Source: a virus. From it: DNA of 64,000 nucleotides. The position numbers were made by a program, and so were the translations under genes. Of the stretch, positions 24,042 through 33,907 are shown piece after piece. The notes beneath the pieces were generated by a model. That model saw only the letters and a list, made by a program, of their open reading frames with translations, searched no databases and had not been told where the DNA came from. The stretch is from IMG/VR virus record IMGVR_UViG_3300032180_000006, positions 6,265 through 70,264 of that record; one strand, 5' to 3'. Numbering within the stretch: the stretch's first letter is position 1; every line of letters begins with the position of its first letter.

Positions 24042-26177
24042 TTAGAACTTCTCCTTCTTCACGTTCTTCACTCCAATCGCCCGCTCCCTGTCGTACAGCG
24101 CACCGACTTCCGCGGGCTTCATCTTAACCAGCTTGGCAATGTCGCCGCGCAATACCCACAGCCGCTGATGCCCGCTTATCTCTGTGCGCACGCTGGCACC
24201 TTGGTTCGCCTGCACCAGCCCGCTCCGGCGCAATTCACGCGCCATGCCGTTTGTCGTTACCTTTGTCTTACCGTCAGGGTCGTACAAGGCGCGCAGCTCC
24301 TCGCTGGTAAACAAGGTGTGTTTCAGTTTCAAATCACCCAGTCGCAGCACGCGGTCGGGCTCCAGCTTCAGGCGCTGGCACCACTGGCCGAGGTCGCTCT
24401 TCCCGGCATCTATCATGTCTTTTTTACTTTGTGTGGTGGGAGCGTGCGCGCTGGGATTAAACCCTGTAAGGTCTAGGTTAAGAAGATGATGGAACAGGTA
24501 AGACGCACCGCCAGTATCAAGCCACTGGATGTATCCTTTGTAGAATTCCTCGGTCTTAGGCTCAGTACTTCGTACCTCGTGTACAAAGAACCGCCTATCC
24601 GCATCCTCGAGGAAGAAAGCATCTGGGTGATTGGATGTGAAGTAGTAATTGATGCAATCAGGAACGGTATAACTGGGAACATACTTTGGATTCAACCTTA
24701 TCGCTTTCTGCGTGATCATCGACTTCATACGATCCGCCGTGTTGCGCTTGTCGCCGCCTGTGATTTCATCCGCCATCACGAATTGCTTGTGCTCAGCCCA
24801 TTCGTTGTGGGTACTGTACAGGTCGCGGTCACCAATCTCAGTAGCATTACTGCCGTAGATTTTAAACATGGTGGTGCCTACCAGCGTCTTACCCGTGCCC
24901 TGTAGTAATCCCCACATTACAGCAGCGCTGTACAACTTAAAGCCCGGATGTTGCAGCGGGTAAGCAAGCCACTGCTCAAACCAAGTGCGGGCAGCATGGT
25001 CAATGCCGCTGAACAGATAGTCCAGCAACTCCAACCACGGGCGAATGGTGCTTGGGCTGCTGGTTACGGCAGGCTGCACTCCCCATCCGGGCCAGCAGTT
25101 AAAGCTGCCTGCTACAACGCGGTCAGCTCCGGGCAGGTACGTTGCTCGCACCACCTTACTGCGGTGCTTCCACTTCAGCCATTCACGCGGCGCGCTTTTC
25201 TCTGTTACCTTTACCTCATCATCCTTGCCAATCTTGTGCTCGTAATATACGCGATCGCTGTAGGCGTGGTCGGTAAAGGCACGGCAACTAAGGCGCTGCA
25301 AGGTGTCAAGGCGTACAATCAAACCCGGATCTTCTACGTACAATACCTCCTCGTTCAGGGTAAGCAGTTCCTGCGCCGCTGCGAACTCAACCGCGTTGTG
25401 CACCACAATGTCGCTTTGGAACGCTTCCACGCCACGGTCCACTATGTAATCGTCCAGCCCGGTTTTAGCCTCGCTGGCAAGGCTGGGCAGGCGCACTATA
25501 TAAGGTACGGCGCCAAGGGTCTTAAACAGCTCGCGGGCCAGCGCGTTTTCTGCCTGTACAACGTTTGGATTCGTCATCGCATCGCTGTCGTACACAATGT
25601 ATACAATGCGATCCTTCCAGTCTATCCAGTTAAAGGCAGGCAGCAGCGGCAAAGTCTGCGCCTTGCTCTTAAAGCACCACACACCACCTAAGCCCATACA
25701 GGCAAGACCTTCCTTGCAGGCACAGGCAGCCTTGATCTCACCTTCGGTTATAAATATAGGTATGGCAGTGTCGCGGGCTATTACGGGCCACGGCGCGAGG
25801 GGAGGCAGGTAAACTTCATTCAAACTCTTGGCGGGCTGCGCATAGCGCAACTGCTTGGCTGTAATGCTGACCAGCGCGTTGAATCCGCTCTGCACTTCTG
25901 CGCCTTCAAGATAGCGAAAGCGGAAGAAGGTAGTGGGTTTGCCTTGCAGGTCGAAATAAGGTATGCGAAAACCTGCCCGGTATACAGGCAAGCTGTCCAA
26001 CGCTGCGCACTGCACGGCGGTAAGCGCTTGCAGCTTTAAACGCTGGGCATCCTTGGCATCAAGCCCGCTGTGCTTCAACTTTTCCAACATGGCAGCCTGC
26101 ACGGAGGCAACACTGGTGAATTTACTTCGCACCGTTTTGCCTGCGGACACAGACACACCATTGCTAACAATAGGCAT
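24042..26177 (-). CDS. Primase-helicase (DUF3854 TOPRIM-like plus SF3-type NTPase)
   Basis: ITEGEIKA, YDSD, GLDD; GLLQGTGKT, ADE, FTSNH, DRRF. Confidence 0.9.
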   Translation of the reverse strand: MPIVSNGVSVSAGKTVRSKFTSVASVQAAMLEKLKHSGLDAKDAQRLKLQALTAVQCAALDSLPVYRAGFRIPYFDLQGKPTTFFRFRYLEGAEVQSGFNALVSITAKQLRYAQPAKSLNEVYLPPLAPWPVIARDTAIPIFITEGEIKAACACKEGLACMGLGGVWCFKSKAQTLPLLPAFNWIDWKDRIVYIVYDSDAMTNPNVVQAENALARELFKTLGAVPYIVRLPSLASEAKTGLDDYIVDRGVEAFQSDIVVHNAVEFAAAQELLTLNEEVLYVEDPGLIVRLDTLQRLSCRAFTDHAYSDRVYYEHKIGKDDEVKVTEKSAPREWLKWKHRSKVVRATYLPGADRVVAGSFNCWPGWGVQPAVTSSPSTIRPWLELLDYLFSGIDHAARTWFEQWLAYPLQHPGFKLYSAAVMWGLLQGTGKTLVGTTMFKIYGSNATEIGDRDLYSTHNEWAEHKQFVMADEITGGDKRNTADRMKSMITQKAIRLNPKYVPSYTVPDCINYYFTSNHPDAFFLEDADRRFFVHEVRSTEPKTEEFYKGYIQWLDTGGASYLFHHLLNLDLTGFNPSAHAPTTQSKKDMIDAGKSDLGQWCQRLKLEPDRVLRLGDLKLKHTLFTSEELRALYDPDGKTKVTTNGMARELRRSGLVQANQGASVRTEISGHQRLWVLRGDIAKLVKMKPAEVGALYDRERAIGVKNVKKEKF

Positions 26178-26195
26178 GGTCGCGGTGTCCTTGTA

Positions 26196-26699
26196 TTACT
26201 TGGCTGGGCTGGAAACGTTGGTTCCTACACGGTTCTTATCACCATATATAATCTGGTGCTGATACTGCTCCATCTCTCGCTCATAGGCTTCCACGCCTAG
26301 TGCCACAAGGAAGTACACAAAACTGTGTCGGCTAGGTTTGTACTTGGCTGGGTTTACCAGCGCTGCGCGGCACTGGCGCAGAAAGTCGTTGGCATGCTTA
26401 ACGCCTTTAGCGCGTGCGATGGTCTGGGCTTCTTTAAACTGCGCAGGTGTAACTCTAGTAGCGCGTGGTGCGTAGTAGTGCAGTTCTTGCAGCTTATAAA
26501 GGTGCTCGTCGATGCGAATGCGCAGCTCGTCGTTGAACTTGAGCAGCACATTGGCATTATCACCTATCTTCATATCGCTGCGGAATGGCTTTTTCTCGGG
26601 TACTAAAGGTACAACGGCGGGCGCTACTTCGGCTGTCTTCTTCGCTTTCTCTACCCACTGCTGTTGTTTGCGCTTGCTAAGCTGCGCGGATTTTGGCAC
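26196..26699 (-). CDS. Hypothetical protein, first gene of leftward arm
   Basis: GAGGA RBS, GTG start. Confidence 0.6.
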   Translation of the reverse strand: MPKSAQLSKRKQQQWVEKAKKTAEVAPAVVPLVPEKKPFRSDMKIGDNANVLLKFNDELRIRIDEHLYKLQELHYYAPRATRVTPAQFKEAQTIARAKGVKHANDFLRQCRAALVNPAKYKPSRHSFVYFLVALGVEAYEREMEQYQHQIIYGDKNRVGTNVSSPAK

Positions 26700-27345
26700 G
26701 TTTGCGTGTCCTCAGTTCTATAAATTGTTCGCTCCACTTACTTACAGGTGCGGGCAAGTAGTAAAGCATTTTATAACCCGGAAGCGCAAGTGAGAGGTTT
26801 GTAATTGTACAATTTGCGCAGTGTACACACGGTAGATTGCAGTTTTGGACATGGTAACGGTATAGTGTACGCGCAAAATTGTACAATCCGCCGTGAACAA
26901 AGCGCATTACGGCAAATAATGTGCCGCAAATCTCTGAAGGTGTTTGTCATATTGCGTTCGTCTAACCGGGCTGTTTACGCAGGTGCGCAGTGGTGCGCGC
27001 TCGGCACATGGGCATTTAATGCGTGTATTGTACGCGGTGTTTCGCAGTAGCGGCTGGGCATGCAGGTATAGAGTGCTCAGTGTATACGCTGAGTGCTTGC
27101 GGCACATTTTATGCAAAACGTGCTCAAACTCTATGTGTACAAAACACCTATTTCTTATTTACATGTATCTTTTATAAATAAATACACATATTTTCTAACA
27201 ATATAGTTTGCGACCAAAAATAGCATAATGTGCCGCACGATATCGTTAACGATCACCAACGATAGTTTTCCCGACCATTTCAGTAATCTCTTTGTCACTC
27301 TCCGTTCCGAGATGCTTGCACCGCGCAGACCTGCACTGCCATAAT
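26700..27345. promoter_or_regulatory. Divergent non-coding control region (candidate origin/pac)
   Basis: Strand switch; TGTACA palindromes; inverted repeat 26804-26819/26871-26887; AT-rich 27140-27230. Confidence 0.5.
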
Positions 27346-27352
27346 GCCGCGC

Positions 27353-27571
27353 ATGGCGAAAGCAAACTCGCTTCCCAGTTTCCCGTTCGTTGATGACAGA
27401 GTTCATCCTCTCGGTGGACGAGACTTCCGGAGAATGAGCGTCAAGGAACTGCGTGGTCTATTGCCCGATAATCTCTACATCCTGAACGGCACGGAAAGCG
27501 AAGGTGCGCTGGCCGTGCTCATGTCGTTTGACACGTTCGTGCATCTACAGCAGCTATTGCAGAACAGATGA
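27353..27571 (+). CDS. Small protein, weak Phd/YefM-like resemblance
   Basis: MSVKELR...AVLMSFDTF..L. Confidence 0.4.
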   Translation: MAKANSLPSFPFVDDRVHPLGGRDFRRMSVKELRGLLPDNLYILNGTESEGALAVLMSFDTFVHLQQLLQNR

Positions 27572-27575
27572 CACT

Positions 27576-27830
27576 ATGCAGCGCCACGATCTTAGCAGCG
27601 TTGGATATTCATGGATTCGACGGGGGAACTCTGGGTTCGTGGTGCTGTGTAGCGTCATTCTGCTGGCAGGTTGTGCAAAGCGTAATACTAGCGTGCACGT
27701 ACCGCACGTGAATGACACGATAGAGATTCGCAATGTACATGGTGCCTGCACTACGTATTGCTTAGTGCACCATGTTCAGTTTGATGCGCGAACAGGTCGT
27801 CAGGCTATTGTGTGTAAAGATGCTAACTGA
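27576..27830 (+). CDS. Putative lipoprotein
   Basis: VILLAGC lipobox; start uncertain. Confidence 0.45.
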   Translation: MQRHDLSSVGYSWIRRGNSGFVVLCSVILLAGCAKRNTSVHVPHVNDTIEIRNVHGACTTYCLVHHVQFDARTGRQAIVCKDAN

Positions 27831-28194
27831 AAGGAGGGGCGATTATGCGTGTTTTTGCATTACTTGATAGAGTGCTAAAAAACAAATGCCAAAAACAACG
27901 TAGTGCCGATGGTGGCTGGCGCGGAGCAATTCGCGATGGCTGCCTAGGTTCAAAGCAGGGCTGGCTTCGGCTGGCCCTGTTCCATTCCCTTCAGTGGTTA
28001 TTGACACGCGCTCCCCGAGCAGCGTTTTGCGCCGCTGCTTTTCTGGGCGTGTCTGCGGTGAGCCGAGCGTGTGGCGTGGTGAACCATGCGCCCGGTTCAC
28101 CTACAAAGATTCCAGCGCGTATGATGCGCGGAGAGATTCCGCGATGCCTTCTTCCGCGTGCTTCGGCCATGAAACAAAGCGCTGGAACCTATTA

Positions 28195-28944
28195 ATGCCA
28201 AAGAAACCTAAAATCGTTACGAACGACCCGCTGGTGGCAGCGACAAAGCAGCGCCATATAAAGCGAATGAAGAAGCAATCGCGTGAAGCGACGAAGCGTA
28301 ATCTACCTGCCAAGGGCTTGGAGTATGGCACCACACGCGAGGCACGGCGCACGTTGCCCGCTGAAAGCTGTAAGCACTTGCCGGGTCGCAATTCAAACAT
28401 CAACATAAGAAACATCACAGCAGCGCAGAAGAAAGCTGTCGCCGCGGAATGGGTTAAGGACTTCAACTTTAGCGCGACCGCCGTGCGCGCAGATATTAAG
28501 CGTGGCACGCTGTGGAACTTGTTGCATCGTGATGCTGAGTTCATGGGTATTGTACGTGAACTGAGCGGCGCGATCGCAGAAGAAGTAGGTATGGACGCTA
28601 AGGAAACGCTCTTGGAAGCCAGCCGTGTCGCGCGAGGCAACATACTAGACTACTTTGAATGCGACGATGATGGTGATTTGAAGTTAACGCTTGCTTCTGT
28701 AACACGCGGTAAGATGGCCGCTGTGCGCAGCATTGAGTATGAGGAATGCTGGCAAGGACGAGGTGAGGATCGTGTACTCGTTCGCAAACCCAGAATTACC
28801 ATGCACAACAAGAATGAGGCGTTGAAACTTGTAGCGCAGATCAACAAGATGTTGGGCGATACTCTGCCCGGTGGAGCTCCAGGTTCTATGCCTCCGCCCG
28901 CCATTATCGTTAAGTTCACTAACGACGAGGTAGTAAAACTGTAG
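28195..28944 (+). CDS. terS: Terminase small subunit
   Basis: DFNFSATA, ETLLE..RVA.GNI.DY, K.EALK; directly upstream of TerL. Confidence 0.85.
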   Translation: MPKKPKIVTNDPLVAATKQRHIKRMKKQSREATKRNLPAKGLEYGTTREARRTLPAESCKHLPGRNSNINIRNITAAQKKAVAAEWVKDFNFSATAVRADIKRGTLWNLLHRDAEFMGIVRELSGAIAEEVGMDAKETLLEASRVARGNILDYFECDDDGDLKLTLASVTRGKMAAVRSIEYEECWQGRGEDRVLVRKPRITMHNKNEALKLVAQINKMLGDTLPGGAPGSMPPPAIIVKFTNDEVVKL

Positions 28945-30324
28945 ATGGCAGCACTCGCACAACCCGTTATCAACTACAACCAAGTCCAAGGCTTGGAGAT
29001 AGTGTACGCACCAGCGTTTAAGCCGTTGTTCCGTGCGCGGCGCTATAAGGTTCGCTGGGGAGGACGTGGTGGTGCGAAGAGTTGGAGTTTTGCCCGTGCC
29101 TTGATTACCATCGCGCATGGCAAGCGTGTTCGCATATTGTGCACGCGTGAATTGCAGAACAGTATCAAGGATAGTGTGCACCGCTTGCTCGTAGACCAGA
29201 TTGACGCGCTGGGTCTGCGCCCGTGGTTCATCATAATGCAAAGTGGTATTGTGAGCACGGTAACAGGCAGTGAGTTCATATTCAAAGGGCTGCGTCACAA
29301 CAGCAATGAAATCAAATCTACCGAAGGCATTGACATAGTTTGGGTTGAGGAGGCACAGCTTGTCAGTGATGAAAGCTGGGAAACGCTCATACCCACGATT
29401 CGTAAGGAGAACAGCGAAATTTGGATCAGCTTCAATGCTATCGAGAAGACTGATGCTACTTATCGTCGTTTTATACCTCAATGCCATACGTGCGATATTG
29501 ATTTTGAAACTGTTGCTCTGGCCCATGTACACGAAGATGCACATGCTGCTGAAGAGAAACCGCACAAGGTAAGTTACCCGCCTCCTGACTGCGATGTACA
29601 GAAAGTAAACTGGAACGCGAACCCGTGGTTCCCCAAAGTTCTGAACGAAGAACGCCTGTATATGCTGAAGAAAGACCCGGTCGCTTATGCGCATGTATGG
29701 GAAGGCAGTACGCGCATTATCGGCGATGCGGTAATCTTTAAGAATCACTACGTTATAGAACCGTTTGATACGCCAATGCATCCCAGTCCGCGGTTCTTCC
29801 ATGGCTTGGATTTTGGCTTCGCCGATGACCCGTGCGCTTTGACGCGCAGTTTCATTACTACCAACGACGATAGAAGCGAAGACCTTTGGATTGACCGCGA
29901 GTGCTACCACCACCACTTGGAACTAGACCAGATGCCCGCGAAGTTCGACGCGGAAATGCCGACTGCGCGGAAGTGGCCTATTAAGGCGGACAACAGCCGA
30001 CCGGAAAGCATCAAGTTCTTAAAGCGTCGTGGATTTCAAATCAGCGCAGCGGAGAAGTGGGCAGGCAGCATAGAGGACGGCATTGCTTTCCTCAAAGCCT
30101 TCCGGATGATACACATCCACCCGCGCTGTGAGCACCATGCTATTGAAGCACGGCTGTACAGCTACAAGATTGACAAGAAGCAGATCAAGGAAGATGGTAA
30201 GCCCGTAATTCTACCTGAGCCCGTGGATGCGTGGAACCACTGCTGGGATGCCGACCGCTATGGGCTTGACGGTCACATCCACAAAGGCGCGAGTCAAATC
30301 TGGGCTAACTTAGGGAGGAAGTAA
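28945..30324 (+). CDS. terL: Terminase large subunit (PBSX-type)
   Basis: GGRGGAKS, RELQNSI, WVEEA, GLDFGF.DDP, NHCWDA.RY. Confidence 0.95.
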   Translation: MAALAQPVINYNQVQGLEIVYAPAFKPLFRARRYKVRWGGRGGAKSWSFARALITIAHGKRVRILCTRELQNSIKDSVHRLLVDQIDALGLRPWFIIMQSGIVSTVTGSEFIFKGLRHNSNEIKSTEGIDIVWVEEAQLVSDESWETLIPTIRKENSEIWISFNAIEKTDATYRRFIPQCHTCDIDFETVALAHVHEDAHAAEEKPHKVSYPPPDCDVQKVNWNANPWFPKVLNEERLYMLKKDPVAYAHVWEGSTRIIGDAVIFKNHYVIEPFDTPMHPSPRFFHGLDFGFADDPCALTRSFITTNDDRSEDLWIDRECYHHHLELDQMPAKFDAEMPTARKWPIKADNSRPESIKFLKRRGFQISAAEKWAGSIEDGIAFLKAFRMIHIHPRCEHHAIEARLYSYKIDKKQIKEDGKPVILPEPVDAWNHCWDADRYGLDGHIHKGASQIWANLGRK

Positions 30325-30702
30325 ATGGCTGACGTAAAAGAAAAAGCAATATTGCATACGAACGAACAAGGTGTGGCGCAGCGCAAGCACCTTGCAGCGC
30401 GGTTAACAGACGCGGAACTATTCGCAATCATAGATAGTTATCGCGAAGGACGTGATGATAGTGCAAGTACCACTGACGCGCTGTTGGCACAACTGATTCT
30501 TACACACCGAGGACACTGATATGTCACATCCACGCAGAAAATCAACGTTAGGGCTACGCACCAAAGACACAGACAACGCCATGCGTCTGTTGATTACGCA
30601 AGCGCAGGACATACCGATCAACGTGAAGGACAGCGCACCTAATCGCCACTTGATGGAAACGTTCTGGGCTTGGGTTGATCATCGCACTAAGAAAGTAAAG
30701 AA

Positions 30703-31176
30703 ATGAAAATAATTGTTAACCGCGACATCAGTACACCACGCTCATTGACGTCAATCGTCAAAGCGATACCGTTGTTGCGTCCTGAGCAAGCATGGCAGTG
30801 CTACGGGCTTGAACCATTCTGGGATCCTACGGAGACCATCAAGCCTCGTGCCATATTGCCCGGTACTTACAGCATCAAGCTGCAATGGTCACCGAAACGT
30901 CAGCGCATCGTTCCGTGGCTGCTTGATGTAAAGAACTTCGACGCAGTTGAGATTCATTGGGGAAACTTTGAGTTTGTACATGAAGATGCGCAGGGCAAAT
31001 GGCATCTACCTGACAGCGACGCTTGCTTGGTAGTAGGTGCGCAACGCGGGCTTGATAGTGTGCTGGTCAGTATGCCGACTTTTGACCACATCTTTACCAT
31101 GATCTACGATGCTGAGCAGGCGGGTGAAGATAACACCATTACTTACATTAACGCATGGGAGGGACAAAATGCCTAG
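30703..31176 (+). CDS. DUF5675-like protein, candidate endolysin
   Basis: AILPGTY, SPK, EIHWGN, DSDACLVVG. Confidence 0.7.
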   Translation: MKIIVNRDISTPRSLTSIVKAIPLLRPEQAWQCYGLEPFWDPTETIKPRAILPGTYSIKLQWSPKRQRIVPWLLDVKNFDAVEIHWGNFEFVHEDAQGKWHLPDSDACLVVGAQRGLDSVLVSMPTFDHIFTMIYDAEQAGEDNTITYINAWEGQNA

Positions 31177-31372
31177 CGGGTATGTTCTTGTCGCTGCTGC
31201 TGCGATTGCGCTTGTCTACTACGGTGGAAAAACCGTGTACACACACGTCGGGAAACCTGTCAACCACGCGGTATGTCGCGCCGTTACGCTGGGTCACAAG
31301 TGCAAACCGAAATCCAAGATTAAGAAGCCTGTAGTTGCTGTCTACTACCCGGATCAACAGGTGCAGAAATGA
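31169..31372 (+). CDS. Small membrane protein
   Basis: One TM segment, GGAGG RBS. Confidence 0.5.
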   Translation: MPSGYVLVAAAAIALVYYGGKTVYTHVGKPVNHAVCRAVTLGHKCKPKSKIKKPVVAVYYPDQQVQK

Positions 31373-32172
31373 AACCGCAATATCTCATCACCAATCGCGC
31401 TTTTACTACGCAGAACGGCGCTGTGCACTTCGGCACAGATCGCAATGCCAAGGGTTTAAGCTACTGGACGAAGAGCGATCTTCATGATTGGCAGCAGTCG
31501 ACGGCCAACGACTTCGCGCAACTGGCTGGTCCGTTCTGCGTATTCGCACATGGCTTTAATAACGATGACCATAAAGCGACAGACATGGGCAAAGTCATCG
31601 CGGATGGATTGCCTGACTACATCGTAGTTACGTTCGATTGGTACAGCGACGGTAACGTAATCGCGTATGAACAAGATCGTGTGCATGCACGAGACAGTGC
31701 GCAGGATTTTTTGGATGCGTTGCGCCTATTACGTCGCGTTAAACCTGCCTGCGTAATCGCGCACAGCATGGGAAACTACCTTCTGCAATGTGCACTGGAT
31801 GCGCAGGTTGCCTATGCGAACAGTGCAGGTACGACCAACATCATACATCGCGCTGCGCTGGTGGCCGCTGATATTGACTTCACCGCATTAAAAGACAGTG
31901 CGTTCGCTACGCTTGTTCAACGCGGTGTGGTGTTCTACTGCACCATGGATGGCGCGCTGCTGGCGAGCAGCCAACTGCATGAGCTGGAGTTGCAGGGTAT
32001 CGCACGGCTGGGTTTGCTTGGTCCGGAGAAAGGTAGTCTGCCAGTCGAGTGGGAGCAGCACGATTGTACGATGCGCTTGCTGCACCACGTTGAGTTGATA
32101 GGCAAGCACAGTGCGTATTTCTTTGAGTCGTGGTTCTATGAGACGGTGAAGCAGTTCTTCGGGGAGGCGTGA
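31369..32172 (+). CDS. Alpha/beta hydrolase (DUF900-like)
   Basis: FAHGFN, IAHSMGN, AADID, D.AL..S, HSAYF. Confidence 0.85.
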   Translation: MKPQYLITNRAFTTQNGAVHFGTDRNAKGLSYWTKSDLHDWQQSTANDFAQLAGPFCVFAHGFNNDDHKATDMGKVIADGLPDYIVVTFDWYSDGNVIAYEQDRVHARDSAQDFLDALRLLRRVKPACVIAHSMGNYLLQCALDAQVAYANSAGTTNIIHRAALVAADIDFTALKDSAFATLVQRGVVFYCTMDGALLASSQLHELELQGIARLGLLGPEKGSLPVEWEQHDCTMRLLHHVELIGKHSAYFFESWFYETVKQFFGEA

Positions 32173-32453
32173 TGGCTGCCAAGGTTCATCCACATGGTGC
32201 GACGAGGCTGGCATTTCATTGTCCGGGTTGTAAGCACGCGCATGAAATAAGAACTGTGCGAGAGAATGGACCGCAGGATTCGGTATGGGAGTGGAATGGC
32301 AGCTTTGACAAACCAACGTTCAAGCCTAGTGTGCGCGTAACCAGCAGCGCAGGCGTATGCCACTTCAATATCAACGACGGTGAGTTTAACTACCACCACG
32401 ATACTACGGTGCACGCGCTGCGCGGCAAAGTTCCTATGGAGGATTGGGAATGA
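32169..32453 (+). CDS. DUF6527-like zinc-binding phage protein
   Basis: FHCPGC..H; W.WNG...PTF.PS; CH..I.DG. Confidence 0.75.
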   Translation: MMAAKVHPHGATRLAFHCPGCKHAHEIRTVRENGPQDSVWEWNGSFDKPTFKPSVRVTSSAGVCHFNINDGEFNYHHDTTVHALRGKVPMEDWE

Positions 32454-32568
32454 ACTACTCTTTGAATGCTGACTTTCGTGCTGTGTGCGACCGCCTGCGA
32501 TGGCAGTGGGAATCGAACCACATTCTATGCGCTGTCAATGAAGCGCTTGCAAAAATCTGGGGGAACGC

Positions 32569-32859
32569 ATGAAACATCAGGCTCAGGTAGGGTTGCCCGC
32601 GGATCGCGGTATCATCGCTGACTTAGCGATCTGCCATAGCTTCAATATATGGCAAGAAGCGCAGGCAATCGTTGATGCCGAGACACCTGTTGAAGCAATG
32701 GTTGAGTGGACCGTAGAGCAGTGGCGGGATTACTGGGTTAGTGTGCGGCAGGTTTATCTATGTCGTGGCGGACTGCTAGTGCATACCTTGAGCTGGGAAG
32801 AGCAGGTTCACTACTACAGTGAAGGTTGTGAACTGAACAGGGGGATTGGGCATGCCTAA
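32569..32859 (+). CDS. Hypothetical protein
   Basis: ORF in operon. Confidence 0.5.
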   Translation: MKHQAQVGLPADRGIIADLAICHSFNIWQEAQAIVDAETPVEAMVEWTVEQWRDYWVSVRQVYLCRGGLLVHTLSWEEQVHYYSEGCELNRGIGHA

Positions 32860-33352
32860 CGATGGCAAACAAGTAACTTTACAGAGCGGTTGGGGTTACT
32901 GGGATTTAACGCACTATCCCTATGGTGGCGATTTTCACCGCTTATCAATGAATACAACTGCTGAAATCATAGGTGAAGGTTCAAATGGTACAGAGGTCAA
33001 AGTTAGATTATCGAATGGTACCGTAGCTATTATCAAAAAGGCAGCTATTGTGGAGGATATGAAAAAGGACAGTGTCTACAAACCCGTTGGCACGTTTGCT
33101 GATCTACGCAGACAGGCGGGTAACGACGTTGCGGCTAAGTTTAGCGTCGGGCAGGAAGTAGAACTTAATGCCGCTGGTATGCCGATGGCTTATAAGGGCG
33201 ATAAAGTAAAGATTATCGCTGTTGAAAAGTCAGATGTTTGGGCAGGCGGTAACAAGGCGTTCGGCGTGCGCCCTAAGAAAGAATCAAGTTATCGCTATCA
33301 AGTGCAAGGTTCTAAAGGTACTGGTTGGGTCTACGAAGAAGACTTGGATTAA
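32846..33352 (+). CDS. Hypothetical protein with two SH3-like segments
   Basis: KFSVGQEV...GWVYEEDL. Confidence 0.6.
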   Translation: MGMPNDGKQVTLQSGWGYWDLTHYPYGGDFHRLSMNTTAEIIGEGSNGTEVKVRLSNGTVAIIKKAAIVEDMKKDSVYKPVGTFADLRRQAGNDVAAKFSVGQEVELNAAGMPMAYKGDKVKIIAVEKSDVWAGGNKAFGVRPKKESSYRYQVQGSKGTGWVYEEDLD

Positions 33353-33355
33353 TCT

Positions 33356-33901
33356 ATGCCCAAGAACAGCATTTATAAATCGATTGGTTCGTTCGCTGAT
33401 ATGCGGCGCGCTGCTGGTGATGCTTCCAAAGAATCGCCTAACCGTATAACGCGCGATGCCTTTTTGTTTCTAACGCCAAAGAGCGAAGCACAGAAAGAAG
33501 ATTTTGCTCAATGCGGACCGTGCCGCATGTTTGTGCCAGAGGCAAATCTTCAAGGCAAATTTAATGGTGACCGATGCATCATACACGGTTCTCACGTGGA
33601 TTTGGACGACGATGATTCGTGTGGCTTCATGCTACCTTGGCCGACTCCGAACGGTAAGCCAGTTGAGCAGGTTGTAAAAGACCATGCTGCCGAATTACTG
33701 AAGATAATACCGGGCTCAGTCACTGCGAAAGAGTCAGGGTTGGTGTCGCGCAGGGTTCAGTGCCATCGGTGTTTCTTTGCTATAGAAGGCGCGACGGTAT
33801 GCAATCTATATCGTATGCTAAACACGACATTTCCAGAATATTTTAACCTGGACGAAAAGGTAACACCGAATTCTTGCTGCAATGCGCAGGAACTAAAGTA
33901 A
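33356..33901 (+). CDS. Cys-rich protein with two HiPIP-like repeats
   Basis: QCGPCRMF..C..SC and QCHRCFF..C..CCN. Confidence 0.55.
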   Translation: MPKNSIYKSIGSFADMRRAAGDASKESPNRITRDAFLFLTPKSEAQKEDFAQCGPCRMFVPEANLQGKFNGDRCIIHGSHVDLDDDDSCGFMLPWPTPNGKPVEQVVKDHAAELLKIIPGSVTAKESGLVSRRVQCHRCFFAIEGATVCNLYRMLNTTFPEYFNLDEKVTPNSCCNAQELK

Positions 33902-33907
33902 ATACTT

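Noticed and set aside
27994-28194. N-terminal extension of TerS in the ORF track
   Set aside because: No RBS and it runs through hairpin-rich sequence; ATG 28195 in a TAATG overlap is more plausible
28684-29916. 410-aa minus-strand ORF and other long antisense ORFs
   Set aside because: Shadow frames of well-supported genes, without recognisable motifs
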